A DNA stretch of 64,000 nucleotides, taken from NCBI GenBank assembly GCA_034666985.1, contig JAXDKS010000053.1, positions 97,980 through 161,979 of the forward strand, written 5' to 3'. The notes below the pieces were generated by a model that was given only the letters and a program-made list of their open reading frames with translations, was not told the origin of the DNA and ran no database searches. Within the stretch, counting starts at the first letter, position 1. Each line of letters starts with the position of its first letter. This DNA is from Acidobacteriota bacterium. Its GTDB lineage: Bacteria > Acidobacteriota > Thermoanaerobaculia > Multivoradales > UBA5704. The translations under genes were made by a program, and so were the position numbers. Below are positions 49,859 through 61,375 of the stretch, in pieces.

Positions 49859-51047
49859 GATGAGCTATCGCCTCCGGCAGGTAGGGATCGTTGATCGGCA
49901 GCAGCGGCCGCTTCTTGAGCTCGCGCAGGAAGTAGTAGAACCACAGGCCGCCGACGGCGACCGGCGCGGCCAGGTAGAGCCAGATGAACCCGAGGTTGTG
50001 ATCGTGGAAGGCCGGCTCCACCTGCCAGACCAGCTCCACCCAGCGCATGAACAGCATCAGCACGGCGACGATGACGAGGCGCCGGGCGTGGCGCTTCAGG
50101 TCCCGCGACAGCAGCAGGAGGAACGGCAGCAGGAAGTGGAACAGGGCGATGATCAGGAAGACACCGCCCCAGAAACCCCGCATGCGGGGCAGGTAGAACG
50201 AGATCTCCTCCGGCAGGTTGCCCGCCCAGATGATGAGGAACTGGGAGAAGGAGAAGTAGGCCCACAGCATGACGAAGGCGAAGAACAGCTTGCCCCAGTC
50301 GTGGAAGTGGCGCGGCTGGAGCACCTTCGCCATCGGCTCGCGCCGCGACAGCCACAGCGCGAAGGTGATGAGGAAGGCGAGCGCCGCCAGGCCCTGGCTG
50401 CCCATCAGGTAGATGCCGTAGATGGTGGAGAACCAGTGCGGCTGGAGCGACATCAGCCAGTCGACCGCCGCGAAGGTCACCGCCAAGCAGTAGGCCCCCA
50501 GGAAGGGCGCGGCGAGGACCTGCATGCGCCGGGTGATGCCGGCGGGTTCCGTCTCGCGGTCCTGGCGCAGCGACAGGCGGCTCACGAGGAAGGCGGAGCC
50601 GCCCCAGATCAGGAAGTAGAGCACCAGCCGGACGAAGAAGAACGGGACGTTGAGATACGGCGCCTTGACCTGCAGCAGGGCGTCCGCCCGCACCGCCTCC
50701 GGCCGCGCCCACACGTAGAGGTCCTTCATACCGAAGACGAGCGGCAGGGCGAGCACCAGCAGCAGGGGCAGGGTGCGCGAGGCCGCCTCCAGCACGCGGC
50801 GGATGACCAGGCCCCAGGCCCCGCGCGACAGATGATGCAGCAGCGAGATGGCCAGGCAGCCGAGCGACACGCCCACCCAGAAGACCCAGCCCACCAGCCA
50901 GGCGCGGAAGAAGTACGGGCGCGACAGCAGCAGGCCAATCACGCAGACCACGGCGCCCGCTCCCCCGGCGATGAGGGCGAGCCGTTGCAGCCGGTCGACG
51001 TCAGCGGGGGCGGCGTAGGCTTCGGAGCTCAGGCTCTCTCGGTTCAT
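49851..51047 (-). CDS. actF: Alternative complex III subunit ActF
   Basis: About 10 TMs, DWLMSLQPHWFSTIYG, FSQFLIIWAGNLPEE. Confidence 0.9.
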   Translation of the reverse strand: MNRESLSSEAYAAPADVDRLQRLALIAGGAGAVVCVIGLLLSRPYFFRAWLVGWVFWVGVSLGCLAISLLHHLSRGAWGLVIRRVLEAASRTLPLLLVLALPLVFGMKDLYVWARPEAVRADALLQVKAPYLNVPFFFVRLVLYFLIWGGSAFLVSRLSLRQDRETEPAGITRRMQVLAAPFLGAYCLAVTFAAVDWLMSLQPHWFSTIYGIYLMGSQGLAALAFLITFALWLSRREPMAKVLQPRHFHDWGKLFFAFVMLWAYFSFSQFLIIWAGNLPEEISFYLPRMRGFWGGVFLIIALFHFLLPFLLLLSRDLKRHARRLVIVAVLMLFMRWVELVWQVEPAFHDHNLGFIWLYLAAPVAVGGLWFYYFLRELKKRPLLPINDPYLPEAIAHHE

Positions 51048-51766
51048 GGCACCTTGCTCCGGTCCGGTCCGCCCGGCGCGAGCTGCGGGCCGGCAGGCTG
51101 CTGGGGAGAGGGCGGTTTGGCGAGATCGCTCTGGATCGCCTGCCGCCGCTCGGGCGACAGGCCGTCGAGATCCGCCAGCTTCGCCGTCTGCCGGTATTGC
51201 AGCACGCGTATGTAGGCGGCGATGGCCCAGCGGTCCGCCACCGGCACCTGCGGCGCGTAGCTCGGCATGACGCCGAAGCCCTCGGTGATGACGTTGTAGA
51301 AATAGCCGACGGGCGCGTTGCGCAGCCGCTCGACGTGGTACGACGTGGGCTGCTTGTAGCCGCGCTGCACGATCATCCCGCGGCCCGTCCCCTGCCGGTC
51401 GTGGCACGGCGAGCAGAAGATGTTGAACCGCTGCTCGCCGCGCAGCAGCACCTCGCGGGTGAGCGGGAAGGGCAACTGCGCCGCCGGCTTGTTGGCCGCG
51501 TCGAGCCCGGTGTAGGCCCAGCCCTCCCGCAGGTCGCCCCGCGCCACCGTGTGGGCCGGGATCGGCCGGGCGCCCTGGCCGTCGGGGAAGAAGTCGCTCG
51601 ACGCCAGCGTCCTGATCTTGTGCTGGTTGTGCATGTTCTGCCGGCAACCCGCGGCGGCCAGGAGCAGAGTCACCGCTGCCAGGACGCGTAGGGTGCGCTG
51701 TGCGCACCAGAGCGCGCGGGATCGGTCGCGGTGCGCACAGCGCACCCTACGGGTCTCAGGGCTCAA
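51044..51766 (-). CDS. actE: Alternative complex III monoheme lipoprotein ActE
   Basis: Lipobox AAAGC, RQNMHNQ, CSPCH, MPSYA. Confidence 0.88.
   Translation of the reverse strand: MSPETRRVRCAHRDRSRALWCAQRTLRVLAAVTLLLAAAGCRQNMHNQHKIRTLASSDFFPDGQGARPIPAHTVARGDLREGWAYTGLDAANKPAAQLPFPLTREVLLRGEQRFNIFCSPCHDRQGTGRGMIVQRGYKQPTSYHVERLRNAPVGYFYNVITEGFGVMPSYAPQVPVADRWAIAAYIRVLQYRQTAKLADLDGLSPERRQAIQSDLAKPPSPQQPAGPQLAPGGPDRSKVP
51687..51751. repeat. GTAG-type REP doublet
   Basis: Perfect 22-bp inverted repeat CGTAGGGTGCGCTGTGCGCACC / GGTGCGCACAGCGCACCCTACG; same unit at 59923-59980. Confidence 0.85.
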
Positions 51767-52309
51767 CTTCGAACACCTCGCTCGCTTTGAGGTCGGTCAG
51801 GAAGCGCTCCGTCTCCCGGCGGTCGAACTTCGCGTCGCGCGCCTCGATCACCAGGAAGTAACGGTCGCGCGACGCCAAGGCGAAGCGCGGCACGTTGAAC
51901 ACCGGGTGATACGGGTGCGGCAGCCCGTTCAAGGCGAACATGCCGAGCACGGCGAAGAGCGCCGCCGCCAGGATCGTGCACTCGAAGGTCGGCACGATGA
52001 AGGCCGGCCAGCTATGGACGGGGCGGCCGCCGATGTTCATCGGGTACTCGATCGTCGCCGCCCAGAATTGCAGCCCGTAGCCGCCGAGCGCGCCCAGGAT
52101 GCCGCCGATCAGGACGATGATCGGCAGCTTCGAGCTGTGGTGCCCCAAGGCTTCGGACAGCTCCTCGATGGGGTAGGGCGTGTAGGCGTCCACCTTCTTG
52201 TAGCCGGCGTCGTGGATGCGGTGCGCCGCCGCGATCAGGTCGTCCGCCGAGTTGAACTCGGCCATCAGCCCATGGACCTGCGGCCGGTGAGGGTGAGGAT
52301 GCGCTGCGC

Positions 52310-52313
<4 letters not shown>
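51756..52313 (-). CDS. actD: Alternative complex III subunit ActD (DUF3341)
   Basis: AYTPYPI, MNIGGRP, PAFIVPTFE. Confidence 0.9.
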
Positions 52314-53699
<1,386 letters not shown>

Positions 53700-53713
<14 letters not shown>

Positions 53714-56700
53714 GCTCGGCTCCTTGGTCGCTTCCTGCGAGCGCCGGGTTGGGATTGCGCAGCTTCGCCAGATAGGTGGTGCGCGGTCGCGTGTTCAGCT
53801 CCTCGAGCAGGCCGTAGTCGAGCGGCTCGGCCTTGAGCTTCGTCACCTCCCAGGCCGGGTCGTTGACGTCGCCGAAGATGATGGCCTGGGTGGGGCAGGC
53901 CTGCTGGCAGGCCGTCTTCAGCCAGTTGGCGGGGATGGGCCGGTCCTCGACCTTGGCCTCGATCTTCGCCTCCTCGATGCGCTGCACGCAGTAGGTGCAC
54001 TTCTCCATGACGCCGCGCATGCGCACCGTCACGTCCGGGTTCTGGAGCAGGGCGAGCACCGGCGTCGTGCGGTCGCTGTAGCGCAGGAAGTTGAACCGCC
54101 GCACCTTGTAGGGGCAGTTGTTGTTGCAGTAGCGGGTGCCCACGCAGCGGTTGTAGACCATGTCGTTCAGCCCCTCGTCGCTGTGCACCGTGGCGGCCAC
54201 CGGGCAGACCACCTCGCAGGGGGCGTTCTCGCAGTGCATGCAGGGGATCGGCTGGTGATGGATCGTCGGCTCGTCGATGTCGCCGCCGAAGTAGCGGTCG
54301 ACGCGCAGCCAGTGCATGTGGCGGTGCTTGAGCACCTGCTCCTTGCCCACCACCGGCACGTTGTTCTCCGCCTGGCAGGCCACCACGCACGAGCTGCAGC
54401 CGGTGCAGGTGCTGAGGTCGATCGACATGCCCCAGGCGTGCCCCTTGTAGACGACCTTGGGATAGAGGGTCTCGTCCGGCGCCGGCTTCTCCCGCGCCTC
54501 CTGGATGAAGTTGGGGTTCTGCCGGAACTGTTCGAGAGTGCCGTGGCGGATCACCTCCCGGCGCTCGGCCTCCTCGCTCGCCAGCTTCATCTCATCCCAG
54601 CCCGGATCGAGCAGGTGGTGGTTCTGGGTGCTGGCCAGGGGATAGCGCCCGCCCAGGCTCCGCAGCGTGGCTCCGGGGAGGGCCCACAGAGCCTGCCGGG
54701 TGCGCAGGGGGTAGGCGTTGAAGCCCAGCCCCGTGGCCTTGCCGGCGTTCTGGCGGCCATACCCCAGATGGAGCACGGCGGTGTCGTCGGCCACGCCGGG
54801 CTGGATCCACACCGCGGCCTTGATTTTGCGGCCGCCGGGAACGGTCACCTCGGCCATCTCCTCCGTGTCCAGCTTCAGCCTTTGGGCGGTCTTCGGCGAG
54901 AGCATCAGGGCGTTGTCCCAGGTGAGCTTGGAGATCGGCTTGGGGCACTCCTGGAGCCAGGCGTTGGGGGCCAGGGCGCCGTCGCGGATGGTGGGATCGG
55001 GCCGGATCAGCAAGGTGATCTGCCCCGCCGCGGTCGTCGCAGTCAGCGCCTGCGCGATCTGGCCTGCCCCCTGCTGCGCGGCCCCGCTCGCGAGCGCGGC
55101 GGCTACCACCGGCGCCTGCGTGTTGGGGATGAGGCCGGCGTTGAGCACCCGCTGCCAGGCGGCGTCGAAATTCGCCGCCACCGGTCCGGCGACCGTGGGG
55201 GCCATGGTGCCCGGCAGGCTGCCGAAGCCGCGGGGGGTGATGACGCCCCCCGCATCGGTCGCCGGACCCAGGCCCAGGGCCGCGCCGGCGTCGAGGCGGG
55301 TCGACCAGAATTCCCGTACCAAGTCGTAGCTCGTCGAGTCCGGCCGGTCGGAGAGGCCGGCCAGCACCTCGGTGGACGTCCTGCCGCCGTAGAGCGGCTC
55401 GATCAGCGGCTGCAGGATGCTCACCGTGCCGTCGAAGGCGCGGGCGTCGCCCCAGCTCTCCAGCTCGTGGGCGCCGTTGAGGTGCCACTGGCAGTAGCCC
55501 GAAGTCTCGTCCTCGTAGAGGCCGTGATGGATCGCGACACGGACCTTCCTGAGGCCGGCGGCGAACGGCAGGTCGGCCGGCGCCGTGTAGACCGGATTGG
55601 CGCCGTCGAGCATCAGCAGCACGTCCACCCGGCCGGCGTTCATGTCGGTCACCAGCTCAGCGAGCGATTGCACGGCATCGACGGGGTCGGCTTCCACCGG
55701 CTCCGTATAGATCACCGTCCTGCCGGCGTTGCCCAGCGCCTGGTTGATGGCGTGGACGAGCACCTGAACGGCCGTCGAGGCGTACTCGTCAGCCACCACC
55801 AGGGAGGCGCCGGGATTGGCCTTGAGATCGTCCGTCACCGCCTGCAGGAAGGCCTGGACCCGTTGATCCGTGGGTCCCCCGGAAGTCACCCCGGCCGGCG
55901 CAACGCCGAGGCCCTGGGCAAGGGCAAGAGCGAAGGCCTCGAGCTGGGGAGGCGAGAGCTGGAGCCGGTGGTCGGCCACCGAGCCCGTGCAGGTGGGCAC
56001 GCTCTCGACGGCGTAGAGGCGGTTCATCTCCGGCCGGGCCTTGCGCACGCGCCGGCCGTCGGTGAAGTCGCGGGAGTAGCGCACCGAGCCCGGGCCCTCG
56101 GCGAACACGTCGCAGCCGAGGGTCAGCACCACCTTCGCCTGGGTGAAGTCGTAGCGCAGCCCAAGCGGCCGGCCGAAGGCAGCCATCGAAGCGGCGTGGG
56201 CGGTGTTGGAGGCGGTCGGTTCCCAGCGGTGCCAGCGGGCCCGCGGGTAGCGCTGTAACAGGCCCTGGATCTGCCCCGCCAGCGTCGGCGAGGTGACGGT
56301 GCCGGTGAGGATGCGCAGCCCTTCGCCTCCCAGCGGCTGCAGGGCGCGCAGGGCCGCGCTCGCCTCGCTGACGAAGCTGCCCCAGGTCGCCGCGCGGCCG
56401 GCATGGAGGATGGTCTGCGAGCGCTCGGGATCGTAGAGGCTCAGCACCGAGGCCTGGGCGAAGATGTCCGTCGCCCCGAGGCTCGCCGGGTGGTCCGGAT
56501 TGCCCTCGATCTTCGTCGGCCGTCCCTGGTGGCTCTCGGCGAGCACGCCCAAGGCATAGCCGCCCACCGTGTGGGCCGTAGCGAAGAACAGGGGCTTGCC
56601 GGGCACGAGCTGCTCCGGCTGCCGGACGTAGGGGACGATCGAGTCGGTCGGCTGCTTGGTGCAGGCGGTCAGCCCGGCGAGGGCCAGCGAGGCGCTCGCG

Positions 56701-56945
56701 AGCTGGAGGAAGCCGCGCCGCGAAACGCCGTCCTTGTCGTCCATCCACTCCGAGGCATGGCGCGGGAACTCGCGGTGGAGCAGGTCCTGGAACTCGGAGG
56801 TCGCGGCGAGCTCGTCCAGGCTGCGCCAGAACTCCGGCCCCCGCTTCGTCCGCAGCCGCTCCCGCACCGCGTCCAGATCGAGCCGTGCCGGCTCCCCGGG
56901 CGCGGACGCCTCGGCGTTGCATCGGCCTTTGGCATTGCTGTCCAT
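53700..56945 (-). CDS. actB: Alternative complex III subunit ActB (molybdopterin-oxidoreductase-like plus Fe-S)
   Basis: FWRSLDEL leader, SRRGFLQ Tat motif, KIEGNPDHP, CTGCSSCVVAC, CMHCENAPC, CVGTRYC, EKCTYC. Confidence 0.95.
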
Positions 56946-56964
56946 CAGGTTCGCTCCCCCCGCC

Positions 56965-57621
56965 CTAGCGATGACATGTCGAGCAACTCGTAAGGGTCTT
57001 GACGTGGTACTCCTTCAACAACCGCGTCTGCATCGCCAGCGCCTGCTGCGGGTCTGTCGGCGGCTGCCAGTCGAGGTTGAACACCTCCTCGCGCGGCCGG
57101 ATGTTCTTGCCGGGATCGCGGTGACAGTCCAGGCACCACTCCATCTGCAGCGAGGCGTGCTGGAAGGTGAGCTGCATCCGGTTCACCGGCCCGTGGCAGG
57201 TGACGCAGCCCATCCCCTTGGCGATGTGCACGGAATGATTGAAGTAGACGAAGTCCGGCAGGTCGTTGACCCGCGCCCACCGCACCGGCACGTTGTCCCG
57301 GTAGCTGGCCCGGATCGGCTCCAGCAGGTCGGCGTTCGTCCAGATCTGCCGGTGGCAGTTCATGCACGTCTCGGTCGGCGGGATGCCGGCGAAGGCGGAC
57401 CGCTCCACCGAGGTGTGGCAGTAGCGGCAGTCGATCCCCAGCCCCGCCACGTGATGCTGATGGCTGAACGGCACCGGCTGCTTCTTCATCACGCCCTGGC
57501 CCGTCGCGTAGGAGGAGCGCAGCAGGGTCGAGAAGACCCAGGCGAAGAATGCCAGGAAGAAGATCGAGCCGAAGATGCTGACCTTCGCGATCGTATTCGT
57601 GCTGCGGTGGAAGATCTGCAT
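56965..57621 (-). CDS. actA: Alternative complex III pentaheme cytochrome ActA
   Basis: Five CxxCH motifs (CRYCH, CMNCH, CVTCH, CLDCH, CSTCH). Confidence 0.93.
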   Translation of the reverse strand: MQIFHRSTNTIAKVSIFGSIFFLAFFAWVFSTLLRSSYATGQGVMKKQPVPFSHQHHVAGLGIDCRYCHTSVERSAFAGIPPTETCMNCHRQIWTNADLLEPIRASYRDNVPVRWARVNDLPDFVYFNHSVHIAKGMGCVTCHGPVNRMQLTFQHASLQMEWCLDCHRDPGKNIRPREEVFNLDWQPPTDPQQALAMQTRLLKEYHVKTLTSCSTCHR

Positions 57622-57805
57622 GGACCGCCCCCCCTAGACTCCCCGACGGCCAAGATATCCGAGCGCCGCCTGTGGTTCAAGGGACTTTGTGAAAGTCGTC
57701 ACAAGCGGCACTCTACTCCAGGGCCGGGAGAGGGTGCAAGATGAGTGCCCCTGCTTCAGCGGTGTGAAGATTGGGCGCCGCCGCTCCCGCGCACGTAGAC
57801 AGGAC

Positions 57806-58189
57806 ATGAACGCACTGCGCCGCTCCATCCTGTCCACGTCCACCCTCCTTCTTCCCCTCCTCGTTGCCGCCGTTCTGTCGGCGGGCTGCGACTGCGTCCC
57901 CTTCCGATTCCGAACCCAGGCCCTCCGAGCCCGGGAAGCCGTGCTCCGCACCAACCTGAGGACCTTGCGCGACGTCCTCGGCCAGTACCGCGGCGACAAG
58001 GGGCAGGGTCCCGACTCTCTCCAGGCCCTGGTTGAGGCAGGCTATCTGCGCAAGATCCCCATCGACCCGTTAACGAAGCGGGACGACACCTGGATACCCG
58101 TTTACGCGCCGGCCTCGAAAAGTGTCGTGGGTGTGCACTCCGGCTCCAGCCGGCGGGGCTCCGATGGCAGATCTTACAGCGAATGGTGA
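57806..58189 (+). CDS. GspG/pseudopilin-like domain protein with an atypical N-terminus
   Basis: AREAVLRTNL...QYRGDKG..PDSLQALVEAGYLRKIPIDP...YSEW. Confidence 0.65.
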   Translation: MNALRRSILSTSTLLLPLLVAAVLSAGCDCVPFRFRTQALRAREAVLRTNLRTLRDVLGQYRGDKGQGPDSLQALVEAGYLRKIPIDPLTKRDDTWIPVYAPASKSVVGVHSGSSRRGSDGRSYSEW

Positions 58190-58362
58190 CGGCCGGGTGC
58201 CGTATTTCGTCAGTGCCGGCAACACGGTTTGTCTCTGGGAAACGGACGCTTGGATGAGTTGGCTCGCTTATTGCTATTCACCAATTGCGTCAGGGTAGCG
58301 GCTGAACGGGCCCCGTGATGACCACCAAGGCGTAGCCGCTACGATCCAAAGGAGATACGGAC

Positions 58363-58650
58363 ATGCGCCCTGCCCTGCGTCGCCCTCTGATGATGGTTCT
58401 TCTCGTCGCGCTTCTGGTCCCCGGTCTCGTTCAGGCACGCCCTGTTCACGACTCGTCCGCACAGCTCGCCGTCGCCGGTGCGGTGACTCACGACTCGGGA
58501 TTCTTCGACATGGTGTGGAATTTGCTTACGAAACTATGGGCTGCTTCGCCGATTATGGCGAAAGACGTGGTGAATACGACCCCGTCCACGGCGACCACGC
58601 CGCCGCCGCCTTCGGGCGATAATGGTGGTCACCTGGATCCGTTGGGTTAG
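58363..58650 (+). CDS. Small secreted protein, putative pro-peptide
   Basis: AAAGGAGA RBS, signal peptide ending VQA, amphipathic helix, C-terminal DNGGHLDPLG. Confidence 0.7.
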   Translation: MRPALRRPLMMVLLVALLVPGLVQARPVHDSSAQLAVAGAVTHDSGFFDMVWNLLTKLWAASPIMAKDVVNTTPSTATTPPPPSGDNGGHLDPLG

Positions 58651-58704
58651 TGGTACCGATGAGGCAAGCATCACAGCATTGATTCCAGCCCGAGAGGATG
58701 CATC

Positions 58705-59859
58705 ATGGTCGATTCCTTAAATGCTCTGGCGAGATCCCGAGCCGAAGCCTGCGAGCTCTGGGGCGAGCTGGAGCCTTATCGTTTTGAGGACCAGTACTAC
58801 CTGGTCAGGACCCATCAACGCTTCCTGGCCTGGGGATTCTGCGAATTCCTCTGCCAGGAGAGCCTGCGCCTGACGGCCGTCGACGCGGCCAAGGCCGTGG
58901 AGCGGGCGGAGCTGGCGGTGCTCATCTCGGACCTCATGAAGGACGACGATCCGGTCACCGACCGCCGGCTCTATCAGCTCCGCGGCTATGCCTGGGCGCA
59001 CGACGGCAATGCCCGCCGCGTGCTCGGCGACCTGCGCAGCGCCGACGAGTCGTTCTCGATCGCCGATGCCTGGTGGGAGGCGGGAGAGGCGGAGCTCGGC
59101 GACTGCCTCGGCTACGAGCCGCTGTTCCTGGAGCTCAAGGCCTCGCTGCGCATCGCCCAGCGGCGCTTCGCGGAGGCCTTCGAGCTGCTCGACCGCATGT
59201 ATGCGATCCATGCCCAGGGCGACCGCCTGGAGCACCGGGACGCGCATCTCGCCGGCCGCTCCCTGGTGAAGAAGGCCCTCGCCCTGGCGGAGATGAACGA
59301 GCCCGAGACGTCCATCGAGTTGCTCGAGCGGGCCGAATCGATGCTGGACCTCCGCCGCGATCCTCGCCTCGTCCTCTGCCTGCGGCACAACCTGCTGTGG
59401 GACCTGACAACGGTGGAGCGCTACGCGGAGGCCGAGTCCCGGCTCCCCGGCGTCGTGGCCCTCTGCCGCGAGTTGGGCAACCCCCTGGACCTCATCCGCC
59501 TGCGCTGGGCCGAGGGGCGGATCGCCGCCGGTCTCGGTCACACGGAGGAGGCGATCCAGCACCTCCGCGGCCTGCGGCAGGACTTCGTCGAGCGTGAGAT
59601 GGCCTTCGACGCCGCCCTGGTCACCCTCGAGCTGACGGAGCTCTACGCCCGCCAGGGCTCGACCGCCGAGGTCAAGGAGCTGTCGATCGAGATGGCTAGC
59701 ATCTTCCAGGCCCAGGACGTCCCCCGCGAAGCCCTGGCGGCCCTGCTCTTCTTCCAGAAGGCCGCCGAGCGGGAGCGGGCCACCGCCAAGCTCGCCCGCG
59801 AGATCTCCACCTTCCTGCAGCAGCTCCGGGTCAACCCGGGGCTGCGGTTCGAGCGGTAG
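58705..59859 (+). CDS. All-helical TPR-like protein with no signal peptide
   Basis: Repeats such as AWAHDGNARRVLGDLRSADESF, RFAEAFELL, LRWAEGRIAAGLGHTEEA. Confidence 0.8.
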   Translation: MVDSLNALARSRAEACELWGELEPYRFEDQYYLVRTHQRFLAWGFCEFLCQESLRLTAVDAAKAVERAELAVLISDLMKDDDPVTDRRLYQLRGYAWAHDGNARRVLGDLRSADESFSIADAWWEAGEAELGDCLGYEPLFLELKASLRIAQRRFAEAFELLDRMYAIHAQGDRLEHRDAHLAGRSLVKKALALAEMNEPETSIELLERAESMLDLRRDPRLVLCLRHNLLWDLTTVERYAEAESRLPGVVALCRELGNPLDLIRLRWAEGRIAAGLGHTEEAIQHLRGLRQDFVEREMAFDAALVTLELTELYARQGSTAEVKELSIEMASIFQAQDVPREALAALLFFQKAAERERATAKLAREISTFLQQLRVNPGLRFER

Positions 59860-59864
59860 CCCTA

Positions 59865-60058
59865 CCCCTCTCCCGACCACCCCATCCCCCTCCCGGGAGG
59901 GGTACGCCTGCGAGCGGTCTTGCCGTAGGGTGCGCTGTGCGCACATTCACCATTCCTGGTGCGCACAGCGCACCCTACGGGATCTTGCTTTTCTCCCTCT
60001 TCTCCCGGTGAGGGGGGTTGGGAGGGGACGGGAGAAGAGGGCCGGGGTGATGAGGGTC
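59865..60058. repeat. Composite palindromic repeat cluster: GTAG REP doublet flanked by CCCTCTCCC/GGGAGAGGG-type hairpins
   Basis: 22-bp perfect inverted repeat at 59923-59944 / 59959-59980; CCCTCTTCTCCCG...CGGGAGAAGAGGG at about 59995-60041. Confidence 0.8.
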
Positions 60059-60143
60059 TTGGGTGGGGGCCTGCGCGGCGTCCGCTTTGAAGAACCTCTA
60101 GCATCCTCCCCCAACACCCTGTAGAATCCCACCCATAACAAGG

Positions 60144-61283
60144 GTGGGAGCAGTGAATCGCAGGGAATTTTTACGCGCGAGCTTGCTCGCTGGGACCGGG
60201 GTCCTCGCCGGTCCGATGATCAACCGGGGACGCTACAACCTCTTCGCCGATACGCGGAGCGAGCATTCCGCTCGCGCCGTCGAGCTGGTCGGGCGGTCGA
60301 TGGTCATCGACATGCTCGGCCTGCTGACCCTCGACTGGCCGAAGCTCTACGCTTGGCAGCGCGATCCGGGCGCCTTCGGCGTCTCCGACCTCCAGAAGCT
60401 CCGCAGCTCCGGCGTGCGGGTGTTCCATCCCGCCGTGGACCCCAACGATCCGCGCGCCTATGACGCCGCCCTCGACTGGATGGCGGGCTGGGACCGCCTC
60501 CTGACCCGGCGGGCCGACTCGTTCCTGCGCATCGAGGGCGCCCGCGACCTGGAGCAGGTGCGGACGGGGAGCAAGCTGGGGATCCTCGTCGGCTTCCAGA
60601 GCTCCGACCACTTCCGGACGACCGACGACGTGGCCCATTTCTACGGCATGGGCCAGCGGGTCTCCCAACTCACCTACAACGCCCGCAACCGCCTCGGCTG
60701 CGGCTGCCTCGAGGCGCAGGACACGGGGCTCACCGAGTTCGGCGCGCAGGTCGTCACGGCGATGAACCGGGCCGGCATGGTGGTGGACATCTCCCACTGC
60801 TCCGAGCGCACCAGCCTCGACGCCGTCGCCGTCTCGTCGAAGCCGGTGCTCGTCACCCATTCCAACTGCCGCGCCCTGGTGGCCAACCCGCGTTGCAAGT
60901 CCGACACGGTGCTGCGGGCACTGGCCAGCCGCGGCGGCGTGATGGGGATCACCGCCGTGGCGGCCTTCGTCAGCCCCCGCCGGTGGGCCACCGTCAACGA
61001 CCTCCTCGACCACTTCGACCACGTGGCCCGCACCGTGGGGATCGAGCACGTGGGGATCGGCAGCGACGTCGACGTGGACGCCGCCGACCCCGCGACAGGA
61101 CGCCCCCTGGCGCGCTACGCCGTCCAGGGCCTCGACCCCGCCCGCCGCGTCTTCGACCTCGCCGAGGGACTGGTGCGCCGCGGCTACACCGACCGCGCCA
61201 TCGAGCTCATCCTGGGCGGCAACTTCCAGCGCGTGCTGGGTGAGATCTGGGCGGCGCCGGGGAAGGTCATGGAAGGGACATAA
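60144..61283 (+). CDS. Membrane dipeptidase (M19-like) with a Tat signal
   Basis: NRREFL, QLTYN, DISH, THSN, HVGIGSD, LGGNF. Confidence 0.88.
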   Translation: MGAVNRREFLRASLLAGTGVLAGPMINRGRYNLFADTRSEHSARAVELVGRSMVIDMLGLLTLDWPKLYAWQRDPGAFGVSDLQKLRSSGVRVFHPAVDPNDPRAYDAALDWMAGWDRLLTRRADSFLRIEGARDLEQVRTGSKLGILVGFQSSDHFRTTDDVAHFYGMGQRVSQLTYNARNRLGCGCLEAQDTGLTEFGAQVVTAMNRAGMVVDISHCSERTSLDAVAVSSKPVLVTHSNCRALVANPRCKSDTVLRALASRGGVMGITAVAAFVSPRRWATVNDLLDHFDHVARTVGIEHVGIGSDVDVDAADPATGRPLARYAVQGLDPARRVFDLAEGLVRRGYTDRAIELILGGNFQRVLGEIWAAPGKVMEGT

Positions 61284-61374
61284 GGGACTGCAAGGACATC
61301 AAGGACCTCAAGGACACAACGCCTCCCCCTCCGCCTTTCGTCCTTGCAGTCCTTTGGGTCCTTTCCCGTCCTTT
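61273..61374. repeat. 9-bp tandem units (AAGGAC core) forming two inverted arms
   Basis: GGAC at 61276, 61285, 61294, 61303, 61312 and GTCC at 61340, 61349, 61358, 61368. Confidence 0.75.
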
Positions 61375-61375
61375 C

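Noticed and set aside
58659-58682. 7-codon ORF (MRQASQH) between the pro-peptide and TPR genes
   Set aside because: No clear RBS and too short to support
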